From: Stigmatella ashevillensis | GTDB taxonomy: Bacteria; Myxococcota; Myxococcia; Myxococcales; Myxococcaceae | Assembly: GCF_028368975.1 (NCBI RefSeq) | Contig: NZ_JAQNDM010000002.1 | Coordinates: 2,024,007 to 2,056,006 of the forward strand | DNA: 32,000 bases | Direction of reading: 5' to 3' | Part shown: piece after piece, positions 1 to 11,533 of the stretch | Layout of the letters: every line of letters begins with the position of its first letter | How positions within the stretch are numbered: the stretch's first letter is position 1 | Notes under the pieces: generated by a model | Told to the model about the DNA's origin: nothing | Seen by the model: the letters and a program-made list of their open reading frames with translations, nothing else | The model's database searches: none | Translations under genes and position numbers: made by a program

Positions 1-370
1 CTTTCGAGACCGTCAGCGTCGGTGGCCCCAGCAGCTCCGCGTCGAACGACAGCGACATCGTCCCGGGCTCCGAGGCGTCCGCGAAGCGCAGCGTCAGCGT
101 TCCTTCATAGTGAAATCGCCTCTCGGGCTGCTCCAGGGGCACGGTGCGAACCGTTCCGGGCTTGCCACTCCCGGACGCCTCCACCGTCTTTCCATCGGAG
201 CGCTTCAGGCTCACCTGGAAACCGGCGATGGGCTCCAGAATGTGCACCTTCAGCGCAGGTGTACTCTGTCCCACCACCGCCCGGCCCTCCAGGGAGACCC
301 GGATGGCCTCTCCCGCCACGGCGGGCACAGCGCTCAGCCCCAGGCAGAGGACGAAGAGACGAACAGTCAT
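1..370 (-). CDS. N-terminal part of a secreted hypothetical protein (truncated by window edge)
   Basis: Open minus frame from ATG at 370 to the edge, translating MTVRLFVLCLGLSAVPAVAGEAIRVSLEGRAVVGQSTPALKVHILEPIAGFQVSLKRSDGKTVEASG...LTVSK. It has a signal-peptide-like start. The ORF track lacks it, probably because its stop is outside the window. Confidence 0.7.
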   Translation of the reverse strand, partial: MTVRLFVLCLGLSAVPAVAGEAIRVSLEGRAVVGQSTPALKVHILEPIAGFQVSLKRSDGKTVEASGSGKPGTVRTVPLEQPERRFHYEGTLTLRFADASEPGTMSLSFDAELLGPPTLTVSK

Positions 371-511
371 GGAGCGAGGCGACCTCAGCATGCCGGTGGC
401 TGGGAACAAAAGCGTCCGAAAGAGAAATTCCCAGAAGCAGACGGTAGGCCGACCCGCGCATTCAGGAAATGGGCCCCTCAAGGCACCCATCCGCCTGATG
501 GAGGACACCTG

Positions 512-1315
512 TCAGGGAATCCCCACCACGGTGATGCCGTTCGCCTCGGCCCGGGCCACCAAAGCCTGGGTCTCCAGCAGCACGGTCCTTCCCGCCTCCA
601 GCGCCAGCACCTTGGCCCCCACCTCCGCCATCACCTCCAGCGTCCGGGGGCCCGCCGCGGGGAGATCAAACCGCAGATCCTGCCCTGGCTTGCAGCGCTT
701 GACCACCACCGCTCCCTTGCCCCCCAGCTTCGCGCCCCGTCGAATCGTCTCGTCCGTGCCCTCGACCGCCTCCAGCGCCAGGACGTTCCCACCTCGGACC
801 ACCACCGTTTGTCCGACATCCGCCTGCCCCAGCAGCGTGGCCACTTCCACCCCCAGCGCCACGTCCTTCTCCTGCTCGGGGTGAAGCCGCGGCCCCGCGA
901 GGTGCCCCGCCGGGCACATCACCTGCGCCAGATAATCGGTGGGGGCGACGATGGTGATGCCGTGGGCCTCGAAGTGGTCCGCCACCGCCCGGAGCAGCGC
1001 ATCGTCCCGGAGGCTGCGCAGCCGCGAGAGGATGCGGACCGCGCCCATGTCCGGCCGCGCCTCCGTGAGCGCACGCACGCGGCCAATGCCGCCCGCCATG
1101 GCCGCCTGGGAGACCGACGCCTTCTGGAAGGTGCTGACGATGCGGCCCACCTGGCCCAGCCGAACCCAGGTGAAGGCAGCCACCTCGCCCTCCAACGCCG
1201 GATCCGTCTCGCCGCGGTGCGCCACCACGACGACGTCCATGCCCCGCGCCCGCGCCTCGCGGGCGAACAGGAAGGGCAACTGGCCATTGCCCGCGATGAG
1301 GCCGATCCGCTCCAC
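512..1315 (-). CDS. lpxI: UDP-2,3-diacylglucosamine pyrophosphatase LpxI (DUF1009 family)
   Basis: MERIGLIAGNGQLPFLFAREARARGMDVVVVAHRGETD... is LpxI-like. GTG start, 8 bp downstream of the lpxA stop. Confidence 0.93.
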   Translation of the reverse strand: MERIGLIAGNGQLPFLFAREARARGMDVVVVAHRGETDPALEGEVAAFTWVRLGQVGRIVSTFQKASVSQAAMAGGIGRVRALTEARPDMGAVRILSRLRSLRDDALLRAVADHFEAHGITIVAPTDYLAQVMCPAGHLAGPRLHPEQEKDVALGVEVATLLGQADVGQTVVVRGGNVLALEAVEGTDETIRRGAKLGGKGAVVVKRCKPGQDLRFDLPAAGPRTLEVMAEVGAKVLALEAGRTVLLETQALVARAEANGITVVGIP

Positions 1316-1323
1316 GTCCCGGA

Positions 1324-2100
1324 CTAGCGCGTCAGCCCGCGCTTGCTCTGGCGAATGAAGTCGATCAGGTGATCCACCTCGGGGTGGCCACCCAGCTCCG
1401 TCTTGAGCCGCTCCAGCGCTTCGGCCACACCCAGCTTGGAGCGGAAGACGACCTTGTACGCCTCCTTGACGCGGCCGATCTGCTCCGCGCTGAAGCCGTG
1501 CCGTTCCAGGCCCACGGTGTTCAGCCCGGCCAGCTCCGCCCGGTCTCCCTGCGCCACGCAGTACGGGGGCACATCCATCACCACCATGGAGCCGCCCGCG
1601 ACGAAGGCATGCGTGCCCACCCGCGTGAACTGATGCACCGCCGTCAGCCCCGAGAAGATGACGTGATCCTCGACCTGGACGTGCCCGGCGATCGCGGAGC
1701 CCTGCCCGAGGATGCAGCCGTTGCCCACCACGCAGTCGTGCGCCACGTGGCTGTTGCCCATGAAGAGGTTGCGGTTGCCAATGCGGGTGGCGCCCCCTCC
1801 TCCGGCCGTGCCGATGTGCAGCGTGGTGAACTCGCGGATCTGATTCTCGTCACCGAGGATGAGCTCGGTGTCCTCGCCCCCGTACTTCAAATCCTGGGGG
1901 GCGGCGCCCAGGGCAGCGAACTGGAACACACGGTTGCGCGCTCCGAGCGTCGTGCGGCCCTCGATGACGGCGTGAGGCCCCACGCGCGTTTCGGGACCAA
2001 TTCTCACCTTGGGTCCAATGACCGAGAATGCGCCAATCTCCACCGTCTCGTGGAGCTGCGCATCCGGGTGGACCACCGCCGTGGGGTGAACCTGAGCCAT
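1324..2100 (-). CDS. lpxA: Acyl-[acyl-carrier-protein]--UDP-N-acetylglucosamine O-acyltransferase
   Basis: Hexapeptide-repeat protein MAQVHPTAVVHPDAQLHETVEIGAFSVIGPKVRIG...GNRNLFMGNSHVAHDCVVGN, a typical LpxA sequence in an lpx operon. Confidence 0.96.
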   Translation of the reverse strand: MAQVHPTAVVHPDAQLHETVEIGAFSVIGPKVRIGPETRVGPHAVIEGRTTLGARNRVFQFAALGAAPQDLKYGGEDTELILGDENQIREFTTLHIGTAGGGGATRIGNRNLFMGNSHVAHDCVVGNGCILGQGSAIAGHVQVEDHVIFSGLTAVHQFTRVGTHAFVAGGSMVVMDVPPYCVAQGDRAELAGLNTVGLERHGFSAEQIGRVKEAYKVVFRSKLGVAEALERLKTELGGHPEVDHLIDFIRQSKRGLTR

Positions 2101-2127
2101 GCCTTCTCTCTCCTTCCGGCCCGCCAG

Positions 2128-2592
2128 CTAGGGCGCCGGCTCCGCAGCGGTCCGCGCATCCTTGTCCACGACCGTGGCCAGGAACTCGCCTTCCGCTACT
2201 TTCACGCCGTCCACCATGGCCGTCCCTTTCGTCTTCCAGACGGAGCCCTTGTGGCGCAGCACCTCAATGCCCAGTTCCAACCGATCCCCGGGAAGCACCG
2301 GCTTGCGGAACTTCGCGTTGTCTACCCCCATCAGGTAGGCAACCTTGTTCTCCGGGTTCATGCTCTCGCTCTTGTACGCCAGGATGGCCGTGGCTTGCGC
2401 CAACGCCTCCAGGATGAGCACCCCGGGCATCACCGGGTGTCCCGGGAAATGTCCGTTGAAGAAGGGCTCGTTGATGGTGACGTTCTTGTAGGCCGTGAGC
2501 TTCTGGCCCTCGACGAACTCCACCACCCGGTCTACCAGCAGAAACGGGTAGCGATGGGGCAGCAACCTCTGGATCTCTCCAATGTCCATCAT
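2128..2592 (-). CDS. fabZ: 3-hydroxyacyl-[acyl-carrier-protein] dehydratase FabZ
   Basis: [23 protein letters not shown]...[26 protein letters not shown], with the FabZ active-site motif. Overlaps lpxD by 4 bp. Confidence 0.97.
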   Translation of the reverse strand: MMDIGEIQRLLPHRYPFLLVDRVVEFVEGQKLTAYKNVTINEPFFNGHFPGHPVMPGVLILEALAQATAILAYKSESMNPENKVAYLMGVDNAKFRKPVLPGDRLELGIEVLRHKGSVWKTKGTAMVDGVKVAEGEFLATVVDKDARTAAEPAP

Positions 2593-3653
2593 CCGCCCTT
2601 CTCTTTCTCGAGCATTTCCACCCTGCGCCGCAGGGCACGTACTTCTTTGAGCAGGTCCCCCAGCTGGCCCGCAGCCGCCGAGGCACGCAGCCAGTCCCGA
2701 TGGGGAATCGCTGGGGAACCCGAGACGACCTGGCCATCTTCGACATCATGCGCCACACCGGATTGGGCGCCCACCTTCGCCAGATCTCCCACGCGAATGT
2801 GGCCCACCACCCCGACCTGTCCCGCCAGCACCACGCCCGTGCCCACCTCGGCCGAGCCCGACACGCCCGCCTGCGCGCAGATGAGCGTCAACGGACCGAT
2901 CTTCACGTTGTGAGCCAGCTGCACCAGGTTGTCGAGCTTCGTCCCACGCCCGACCACCGTCTCACCGATGGTGGCTCTGTCGATGCACGTGCACGCCCCC
3001 ACCTCCACGTCGTCCTCGATGCGGACGATGCCGGTCTGGGGGATCTTGAAGTGTTGCGGCCCGTCGTCGCCCTCGGCGTCGAAGGCGAAGCCGAACCCGT
3101 CCGCGCCCACCACACACGAGGCGTGGAGGATGACGCGCGAGCCCACCTGGCACCGCTCGCGCACGGTGACGTTGGGGTAGAGCAGGCAGTCCTCGCCAAT
3201 GCTCGCCCCCTCGCCCACGTAGGCGCCCGCGTAGAGCACGGTGCGCGCGCCCACCGAAGCACCCTTCTCCACCGTGGCACCGGCCATCACCGTGGCCTCG
3301 GCATGCACCCGCGCCTCGGGGTGCACGTGCGCCCCGGGCCGGACTCCCGCCGTGGGGCGCTCCCAGACCTCGAAGAGCTTCAACAGCCGGGCAAAGGCCA
3401 GGTGCGGATTGGAGACGCGAATGAGGGCCATGCCCTCGCGCGCGGGCACGTCCCGGCCGACCAGCACGGCCGAGGCCCGGGTCGCCTCGTACTGCCGGCG
3501 GTACCGGGTGTTGCCATAAAAGGACACGTCCCCCGGGCCCGCCTCGGCGAGCCCGTTGAGTCCCTGGATCAGCAAGCCGGCATCGCCGAGGAGCTCACCC
3601 CCCACATGGGTGGCAAGCTCTCCGAGCCGACGAGGTGTGGTGGCGTGGCTCAC
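2589..3653 (-). CDS. lpxD: UDP-3-O-(3-hydroxyacyl)glucosamine N-acyltransferase
   Basis: Hexapeptide-repeat acyltransferase with LpxD signatures ([11 protein letters not shown]..., [30 protein letters not shown]). Confidence 0.96.
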   Translation of the reverse strand: MSHATTPRRLGELATHVGGELLGDAGLLIQGLNGLAEAGPGDVSFYGNTRYRRQYEATRASAVLVGRDVPAREGMALIRVSNPHLAFARLLKLFEVWERPTAGVRPGAHVHPEARVHAEATVMAGATVEKGASVGARTVLYAGAYVGEGASIGEDCLLYPNVTVRERCQVGSRVILHASCVVGADGFGFAFDAEGDDGPQHFKIPQTGIVRIEDDVEVGACTCIDRATIGETVVGRGTKLDNLVQLAHNVKIGPLTLICAQAGVSGSAEVGTGVVLAGQVGVVGHIRVGDLAKVGAQSGVAHDVEDGQVVSGSPAIPHRDWLRASAAAGQLGDLLKEVRALRRRVEMLEKEKGG

Positions 3654-3664
3654 GGGTGTGCGCG

Positions 3665-4249
3665 TTACTTCTTCGGAGCGTCCTTGGCCACCGGAGCCGT
3701 GGGCGCCGGCGCCTTGGGTGCCGCCGCCTTCGGGAGGGTGTTGTAGGAGCGGATGACCTCGTTGGAGAGATCATACTGGGTCTGCGCGTAGACCAGGCCC
3801 GAGTCGCGCCGCTCGAACACGAACGAGAGGCCATCCCGCTCCGCGATCTTCGCGATGACGCCGTCAATGCGCGAGACGATGGGCTCCATCTCCTGGCGCT
3901 CTTTGTTGGCGGCCTCGGCGCGGTAGCGATCCCACTTCTGGGCCAGCTCGAGGATGCGCTTCTGGAGGTCCGTGGCCTTCTGGACGCGCGTCTCCTCGCT
4001 CATCGCGCTGGCCTGCTTGTCCAGCAGCTCCTTCTCCTTGCGCAGCGACTCCTGCTCCTTGTCGATCTCCTTCTGGCGATCGTCGAGCCACTTCTGAAGG
4101 CGCGTCTTGGCGGCCTTCCCGTCTTCCACCTCCAAGAGAACGCGCTGGTAGTCCACATAGCCCATCTTCAGGCTCTGGGCGGTGGCGGCGAGCGGGAGGG
4201 CAAGCGTCAGGGCGGCGGCAGTGGCCGCCAGGGTGCTTCGAAGCGACAT
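3665..4249 (-). CDS. OmpH/Skp-family periplasmic chaperone
   Basis: [66 protein letters not shown]...: signal peptide and Skp-like coiled coil, between bamA and lpxD. Start revised from the track's 4318 to the ATG at 4249, which is preceded by GAGGAG. Confidence 0.9.
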   Translation of the reverse strand: MSLRSTLAATAAALTLALPLAATAQSLKMGYVDYQRVLLEVEDGKAAKTRLQKWLDDRQKEIDKEQESLRKEKELLDKQASAMSEETRVQKATDLQKRILELAQKWDRYRAEAANKERQEMEPIVSRIDGVIAKIAERDGLSFVFERRDSGLVYAQTQYDLSNEVIRSYNTLPKAAAPKAPAPTAPVAKDAPKK

Positions 4250-4364
4250 GTTCAACGGCTCCTCAGGACTCAACAGGGATGTTGCTGGCTCCGACGTCCA
4301 CTCAGAGCAATTCTTCAAGCCGGGCAGAGACTCCCGGAGCGCCGGACGAACGCCTTATCAGAAA

Positions 4365-6767
4365 TCAGAAGAAGTTGCCGATGGTGAACTCGAACAGGAG
4401 GGGCTCGTCTTCCGGACGCCGGGTCAGGGGGATGCCCCACTCGAAGCGGAGGGGGCCGATGGGGGAGAACCACCGGAAACCGAAGCCCGCAGAGTGGAAC
4501 ATGCCCAAGGGCAGGTCGTTCTGCAGGTCCTGGAACAAGCGCTCGTTGGCCGAGTAGGCGTTGCCGGCGTCATAGAAGAGCACCCCGCGGATGCCCGCCT
4601 TCTCGAAGATGGGGAATTCCAGCTCCAGGTTGAGGATGAGCTGCTTGTTTCCTCCGGAGCGGAACTCGACGACGGTGGCATCGGGCGAATCCGAGCGCGG
4701 AACCAGCAAGGTGGGACTGATGCTGCGCAGGTAATAGCCCCGGATCGTGTTGATGCCGCCCAGGTAATAGAGCTCGGAGATCGGCAACGGGCTGTTGGCG
4801 TCCAGCTGCTGGATGTAGCCCACCGTAGCGTTGGTCTTGAAGACGAACCCCAACGGCAGCGGGAAGTAGAGGCGCGAGTAGGCCGAATAGCGCGTGAAGA
4901 GGAAGGTGCCCCCCAGCAGCTTGGGGGCGAACTCCACCGAGCCGTAGTGGATGAAGCCCCGAGAGGGGAAGAGGCGGTTGTCGCGCCGGTCGAAGGACAG
5001 CGACAGGCGCGCGGCGCTGGTGACGCCGCTCAGGAACTGGTTGGCCAGCAGCACCGAGCCCAGGTTCTGGCCCGCCTCCACGTCCACGTACTCCCGCGTG
5101 TAGCCCACGGTGCCCAGCAGGTCGTCGACGAACTGGTAGCCCAACGAGAGGCTGCCGCCGGTGGAGCGCCGGATGAAGCCGTCATAGTCCGCGTCCACGC
5201 GGAAGAAGTCCGCCGACAGCAGGTACTGGGTGTCCAGGAAGTAGGGATCGTAGAACGACAACTGGATGAGCGAGCGCAGTCCGGAGATCTGCGCCGAGGC
5301 GGACACGGTCTGCCCCCACCCCAGGAAGTTGTTCTGGGACACCTGCGCCGTGAAGATGAAGTTCTCCACGTTGGAGAAGCCCAGGCCCACCTGGAAGGTG
5401 CCCGTGGCCTTCTCCTTGACCTCGACCTGGAGGACGATCTTGTCATCCGCGCTGCCCGGCTTCTGGGTGACGTCCACCGTCTCGAAGAAGCCCAGCGCCG
5501 TGGCGCGCTCGCGGCTGCGGCGCACGCCCGTGCCGTTGTACAGCTCGCCCTCGTAGACGCGCAGCTCGCGGCGGATGACCTTGTCGCGCGTCTTCGTGTT
5601 GCCGACGATGTCGATGCGCTCGATGGTGACCTGCGGCCCCTTCTGGACATCGAAGGTCAGGTCCACCGTCTTGTCGTCCGCGTTCACCGAGGTGACGGGG
5701 TTGATGTTCGCGTAGGCGTAGCCCTGGTCGTAATAGACGTCCGTGATGGACTGGATGTCCTGCGACAGCTTGGAGCGATTGAAGCGTTCGCCCTTCGTGG
5801 AGGTCATCAGCTTCGCCAGCCGCTCCTTGGGCACGATGAGGTCGCCCCCGAAGTCGATCTGGCCAATGTCGTAGGCCTCGCCCTCCACCACCTTGAGGGT
5901 GATGAAGATGGAGCGCTTGTCCGCCGACAGCGCCGTGGTGGGCTTGTCGATCCGGACGTTGATGTAACCCCGGTCGTAGTAGGTGGCCTGGATGACGGCC
6001 AGATCCCGCTGGAACGCCTCCTCGCGGTAGGTGCCCTCTCCGGTCAGGAAGGAGAAGTACCCTCCCTCACGGGTCACCATCACCGCCTTGAGCTCGTCCG
6101 GGCGTATCTTCTCCGCCCCGATGAAGGAGATCTCCTTCACCATCACCTTCGAGTTCTCCTCGACCACCAGCACCACGTCGACGCTCGCGCCGCCCTCGAC
6201 GGGCTCGATGCGGTGCTTCACTTCCACCAGGAAGTAGCCCTTCTCGACGTACTTCTCCTGAATCTTCTTCTGCGAGGAGCGCACGGTGTCCACGTCCAGG
6301 ATGGTGCCCGTCCGGACGTCGATCTGCTCCTTGAGGTCGTCCTGGCTCAGCTCGTCGTTGCCCACCACCCGCACCGCGCGCACCGTGGGGCGCTCCGCCA
6401 CCCGGACCACGTAGGCAATGCCGTTGGGCAGCCGCTGCACGAGCAGCTGAACATCCGTAAAGTAGCCCAGCGCCCAGACCGCCCGGAGATCCTCGGACGT
6501 GCGGATGGGATCGAACGGGGCGCCCTGCTTGGTGCGGAGCGCGCGGCGGATGGCCTCGGTCTCGACGCGGCGGTTGCCCTCGACGCGCAACTCGACGACG
6601 CGCTCTCCCTCTTCGCCTTCATCGACGGGAGCATCAGCGGGAGGAGTGGCAGAGACCGCGGCCGGGGGCGCCTCCGCCTGCGCCAGGGCACGGCAAGGGA
6701 CGAGCGCCCACAGGGTCACCGCGAGCAGCGTCAGGAAAGGCTTGAGCGACAGAACGGGAGACCTCAA
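4365..6767 (-). CDS. bamA: Outer-membrane protein assembly factor BamA (POTRA repeats plus beta-barrel)
   Basis: Signal peptide (LSLKPFLTLLAVTLWALVPCRALAQA), POTRA-like repeats (VVELRVEGNRRVETEAIRRALRTKQGAPFDPIRTSEDLRAVWALGYFTDV...) and Omp85 C-terminus ending ...FEFTIGNFF. The track's start at 7721 is an upstream read-through; the start is most likely TTG at 6767 or CTG at 6752. Confidence 0.93.
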   Translation of the reverse strand: MRSPVLSLKPFLTLLAVTLWALVPCRALAQAEAPPAAVSATPPADAPVDEGEEGERVVELRVEGNRRVETEAIRRALRTKQGAPFDPIRTSEDLRAVWALGYFTDVQLLVQRLPNGIAYVVRVAERPTVRAVRVVGNDELSQDDLKEQIDVRTGTILDVDTVRSSQKKIQEKYVEKGYFLVEVKHRIEPVEGGASVDVVLVVEENSKVMVKEISFIGAEKIRPDELKAVMVTREGGYFSFLTGEGTYREEAFQRDLAVIQATYYDRGYINVRIDKPTTALSADKRSIFITLKVVEGEAYDIGQIDFGGDLIVPKERLAKLMTSTKGERFNRSKLSQDIQSITDVYYDQGYAYANINPVTSVNADDKTVDLTFDVQKGPQVTIERIDIVGNTKTRDKVIRRELRVYEGELYNGTGVRRSRERATALGFFETVDVTQKPGSADDKIVLQVEVKEKATGTFQVGLGFSNVENFIFTAQVSQNNFLGWGQTVSASAQISGLRSLIQLSFYDPYFLDTQYLLSADFFRVDADYDGFIRRSTGGSLSLGYQFVDDLLGTVGYTREYVDVEAGQNLGSVLLANQFLSGVTSAARLSLSFDRRDNRLFPSRGFIHYGSVEFAPKLLGGTFLFTRYSAYSRLYFPLPLGFVFKTNATVGYIQQLDANSPLPISELYYLGGINTIRGYYLRSISPTLLVPRSDSPDATVVEFRSGGNKQLILNLELEFPIFEKAGIRGVLFYDAGNAYSANERLFQDLQNDLPLGMFHSAGFGFRWFSPIGPLRFEWGIPLTRRPEDEPLLFEFTIGNFF

Positions 6768-6796
6768 GGGAGCAGTCGGCCTGTAAGGGGCGGGGC

Positions 6797-6826
6797 AATC
6801 TAAGGGATAGGTTCGCCGTCCCTCAA
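6797..6826 (-). promoter_or_regulatory. Weak candidate housekeeping promoter upstream of bamA (TTGAGG-N18-TAGATT)
   Basis: On the minus strand, TTGAGG (6826..6821), 18 nt, TAGATT (6802..6797), in the lolD-bamA gap. Pattern match only. Confidence 0.25.
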
Positions 6827-6847
6827 TCCAAAAGCGCGGCCCCCTCC

Positions 6848-7522
6848 TCACGCGTCCGTCACCTGGCCGCCTGCAAGGCGCAATCGCCGTGGCATCGAGC
6901 GGGCCAGTGCCTCGTTGTGGGTCACCACCACGGCGGTGATTCCCAGATCCCGGTTCACATCCCGGAGAAGCTGGTGGATGCCCTCGCCCGTGGCCGGGTC
7001 CAGGTTTCCGGTCGGCTCGTCGGCCAGCAAGATGGCAGGCTGGAGCACCAGGGCGCGGGCCAGGGCCACCCGCTGCGCCTCCCCCCCCGACAGCTCCCCG
7101 GGGCGATGGTCCACACGGCCGCCCAACCCCACCCGTTCCAGCAGCTTCCGGGCTTCCGCGTATGTCTGGCCTCGATCGCGGCGCTGGATGAGGGCGGGCA
7201 TGGCCACGTTCTCCAGCGCGGTGAACTCCGGCAGCAGGTAGTGGCTCTGGAAGACGAAGCCGATGGTGCGGTTGCGGAAGTCGGCGATCCGCGCGTCGTT
7301 CATCGCGAAGACGGACTGCCCTTCGAAGAGCACCTCGCCCGCGGCCGGCGCATCCAGGGTGCCCAGCACGTGCAGGAAGGTGCTCTTGCCCGCGCCCGAG
7401 GGGCCCACCAGGCTCACCAGCTCGCCGCGGCCGATGTCCAGCGACACGTCGCGCAGCACGTCGATGCGCTTGCCGTGCAGGAAATAGCTCTTGAAGACGT
7501 TGCGGATGGAGAGAAACGACAT
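6848..7522 (-). CDS. lolD: Lipoprotein-releasing ABC transporter ATP-binding protein LolD
   Basis: Walker A GPSGAGKST, signature LSGGEAQRVALARAL, Walker B ILLADEPTGNLD. Directly downstream of a LolC/E-type permease. Confidence 0.93.
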   Translation of the reverse strand: MSFLSIRNVFKSYFLHGKRIDVLRDVSLDIGRGELVSLVGPSGAGKSTFLHVLGTLDAPAAGEVLFEGQSVFAMNDARIADFRNRTIGFVFQSHYLLPEFTALENVAMPALIQRRDRGQTYAEARKLLERVGLGGRVDHRPGELSGGEAQRVALARALVLQPAILLADEPTGNLDPATGEGIHQLLRDVNRDLGITAVVVTHNEALARSMPRRLRLAGGQVTDA

Positions 7523-7525
7523 CGC

Positions 7526-9946
7526 CTATTCCGCCTTGAGGCCTTCCACCGGTTCCACGCTGCTGGCCTTGAGCGCGGGGTAGATGGACGCCAGATACGT
7601 GACGAGGACCGCGATGACCACGGACAAGAGGGTCTGCACCGGCTCGATGCGCACCGGGAGTGCGGGGATGTAATAGACCTCGGGGTCCAGCTTGATGCCG
7701 ACCTTCTCGATGAAGAAGCACCAGGCCAGCCCGGACAAGAGCCCCAGAAGCCCCCCGGCCACGCCGATCTGCAACCCCTCCGAGAGGAAGATCTTCACGA
7801 TGCCCCCATCCGAGACGCCCAGGGCCTTGAGGACGGAGATCTCCTTGCGCTTCTCGAGCACCAACATGATGACGGTGGCGACGATGAGGCCCGCAGCCAC
7901 GATGATGATGATGGAGAGGATGATGCCCATCACCAGCTTCTCCAGGCGCAGCGCGGAGAAGAGGTTGCGGTTCGTCTCGCTCCAGTCGCGTGCCCGGTAG
8001 GGGTAGCCCCCCAGCTTGCGGACCACATCCGCGGCGAGGCGGCGCGCATTGTCGATGTCCGCCACCTTGAGATCGATGCCGTTGGCCCCCTTCACCTCGA
8101 AGAACCGCTGGGCCTCCTCCAGGAGGATGTAGACGAACTTGGCGTCATACTCGTACATGCCCGAGTAGAAGATGCCCGCCACGCGGAAGACCCGGTTCTT
8201 CGGGATGGGCCCCGAAGGCCCCATCTCCGTCCCCAGCGGCGAGACGATGTTCACCCGGTCGCCCACCACGGCACGCAGCGAGGCGGCCAGCTCCCGGCCC
8301 AGGATGATTCCCGGCAGAACCGCCTCTTGAGCCGACTTCTTCGGTCGGCCGATGATGGGATCCTCCTCTTCCTCTGGCTCGGGCGTGCTTCCCGCAGGCC
8401 GGTCATCCAGCAGGGGCGAGTCCGCGCCCCCTCCGCCCTGGAGCCTCCGGGGGAGGATCTTCTCGGGGGATGTCAGGTTCTCCAGCGAGCCCCCGGGCAA
8501 CATGTACTGCGGCAAGTCCGTCACTGACCCGACCGTGGCCGGGTCGATTCCCTTGATGACCACGCCATCCACGTTGCCATCCGAGACGATCATCACCTGG
8601 TTGGTGATGAAGGGAGACTGGCCAATGACTCCCGGAACCTGGGCCACCTGCTCCATCAGCTTCGGGTACTCGGTCATGTCCCCCGCGTACTTGGACACCA
8701 CCGCATGCGAGTGGGTGCCCAGGATCTTCTTCTGTAGATCCAGCTCGAAGCCGCTCATGACCGACAGCACGATGATGAGCGCCATCACCCCCACACCGAC
8801 GCCCCCCACCGACAGGGCCGTCATCATCATGGTGGGCGACTGCTCCCGCAGCTTGAGCTGGTTGAGCGCTGCGGCGGCCTGGAGTGGATCGGCCAACCCC
8901 AGGGCGCGGATGCGGGTGCGCTCCACCGCGGCCTCCACCGCCCGGACGATGCCGTAGACCAGCAGCGGAGGGATGATGCCGAACATGAGCACCGCCAGCG
9001 TGCCCAGCAGCAGCGACGGGCGGAACACCGCCACGTGGCGCCGCGCGACGAACAGCTCGAACCCCAGCCGCAAGTCCACCCGGCCGCTGCCCGCAGCGAT
9101 GAAGCCCGAGTTGATGCCCAGCACCAGCATCAGCACCAGCAGCACGAAGACCAGCCAGTAGCTCAGCTCCGGCCGACCGATGAGGCCCGCCACATACGTC
9201 ACCTCGCGCAGCCGGTAGCCCAGCGACAGTTGCAGCGCGGGCACCCGCTCCATCAACGTCAGCAGGATGGGAACGGGCAAGCCCAGGTAGACGACACCGA
9301 TGGTGGCCTCGGGCATGGACAGCCGACGGGCCCGCGCCGAGCCGATGGCCCCCGAGATGAAGGCCACCCCACATGCCACCAGCAGCGAAATGGCGAACGC
9401 CCAGGGGGGTGCCAGCTGAAAGCCCGAGGCTCCCGCCGCGTCCCCGCCCGTCTCCGCGAGCTGCCCGCCGCTGGACAACCACGTTTGCAGCAGGATGAGC
9501 ACCAGCTCGGCCAGGAGCACCCCGCCCCCGTAGGCCCCCAAGGTGCTCCAGTAGAAGTCTCGATAGCCCGCGAGCCGCGGGTACAGCGTCGCCCCGGCAG
9601 CGGAGCTGGGCCCTTCCGTCGCGGCGGGCGCCCGGCGAATGCCCGCCGCCAAAAGCCCCCATCCGCCCACCCAGGCAAGCATTCCCGCCACGAGGAATTG
9701 CGTGCCCGCCAGGGGCGGCAGCGCCTCCTTCACGACAGACTGGGCCGAGAAGAGCGACGCCGCGTTGAGCATCTGCAGGAGGCTGCCCCAGCCGAGGAAG
9801 GACAGCCCCAGGAAGCTGGAGACCTCCCCCCACGCGTCCGAGCGGGACACCGCCACCGCGAGCAGCACCGCCCCCACGAAGGCGACGAGCGCGCCTCCCC
9901 AGACGAAACCCCAGCGATAGACGGTCTGCCGTTCAGCGCTTTGCAC
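7526..9946 (-). CDS. LolC/LolE-type lipoprotein-releasing permease with a long extra N-terminal multi-pass membrane region
   Basis: C-terminal part matches the LolC/E/FtsX architecture (GVGVMALIIVLSVMSGFELDLQKKILGTHSH...; ILEKRKEISVLKALG-like segment; final TM block). About 300 residues of additional hydrophobic segments precede it. GTG start. Confidence 0.88.
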   Translation of the reverse strand: MQSAERQTVYRWGFVWGGALVAFVGAVLLAVAVSRSDAWGEVSSFLGLSFLGWGSLLQMLNAASLFSAQSVVKEALPPLAGTQFLVAGMLAWVGGWGLLAAGIRRAPAATEGPSSAAGATLYPRLAGYRDFYWSTLGAYGGGVLLAELVLILLQTWLSSGGQLAETGGDAAGASGFQLAPPWAFAISLLVACGVAFISGAIGSARARRLSMPEATIGVVYLGLPVPILLTLMERVPALQLSLGYRLREVTYVAGLIGRPELSYWLVFVLLVLMLVLGINSGFIAAGSGRVDLRLGFELFVARRHVAVFRPSLLLGTLAVLMFGIIPPLLVYGIVRAVEAAVERTRIRALGLADPLQAAAALNQLKLREQSPTMMMTALSVGGVGVGVMALIIVLSVMSGFELDLQKKILGTHSHAVVSKYAGDMTEYPKLMEQVAQVPGVIGQSPFITNQVMIVSDGNVDGVVIKGIDPATVGSVTDLPQYMLPGGSLENLTSPEKILPRRLQGGGGADSPLLDDRPAGSTPEPEEEEDPIIGRPKKSAQEAVLPGIILGRELAASLRAVVGDRVNIVSPLGTEMGPSGPIPKNRVFRVAGIFYSGMYEYDAKFVYILLEEAQRFFEVKGANGIDLKVADIDNARRLAADVVRKLGGYPYRARDWSETNRNLFSALRLEKLVMGIILSIIIIVAAGLIVATVIMLVLEKRKEISVLKALGVSDGGIVKIFLSEGLQIGVAGGLLGLLSGLAWCFFIEKVGIKLDPEVYYIPALPVRIEPVQTLLSVVIAVLVTYLASIYPALKASSVEPVEGLKAE

Positions 9947-9958
9947 GAGAACCCTTGG

Positions 9959-11509
<1,551 letters not shown>

Positions 11510-11533
11510 GGCACGCCTTCCGAAGGGCGCGGC

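Noticed and set aside
4182-6803. 873-aa plus-strand ORF antisense to bamA and ompH
   Set aside because: Low-complexity translation with no recognisable domain, opposite clear bamA coding sequence.
6768-7721. N-terminal extension of the bamA ORF back to 7721
   Set aside because: Translation is out-of-frame read-through of lolD. The real protein begins at its signal peptide near 6767-6752.
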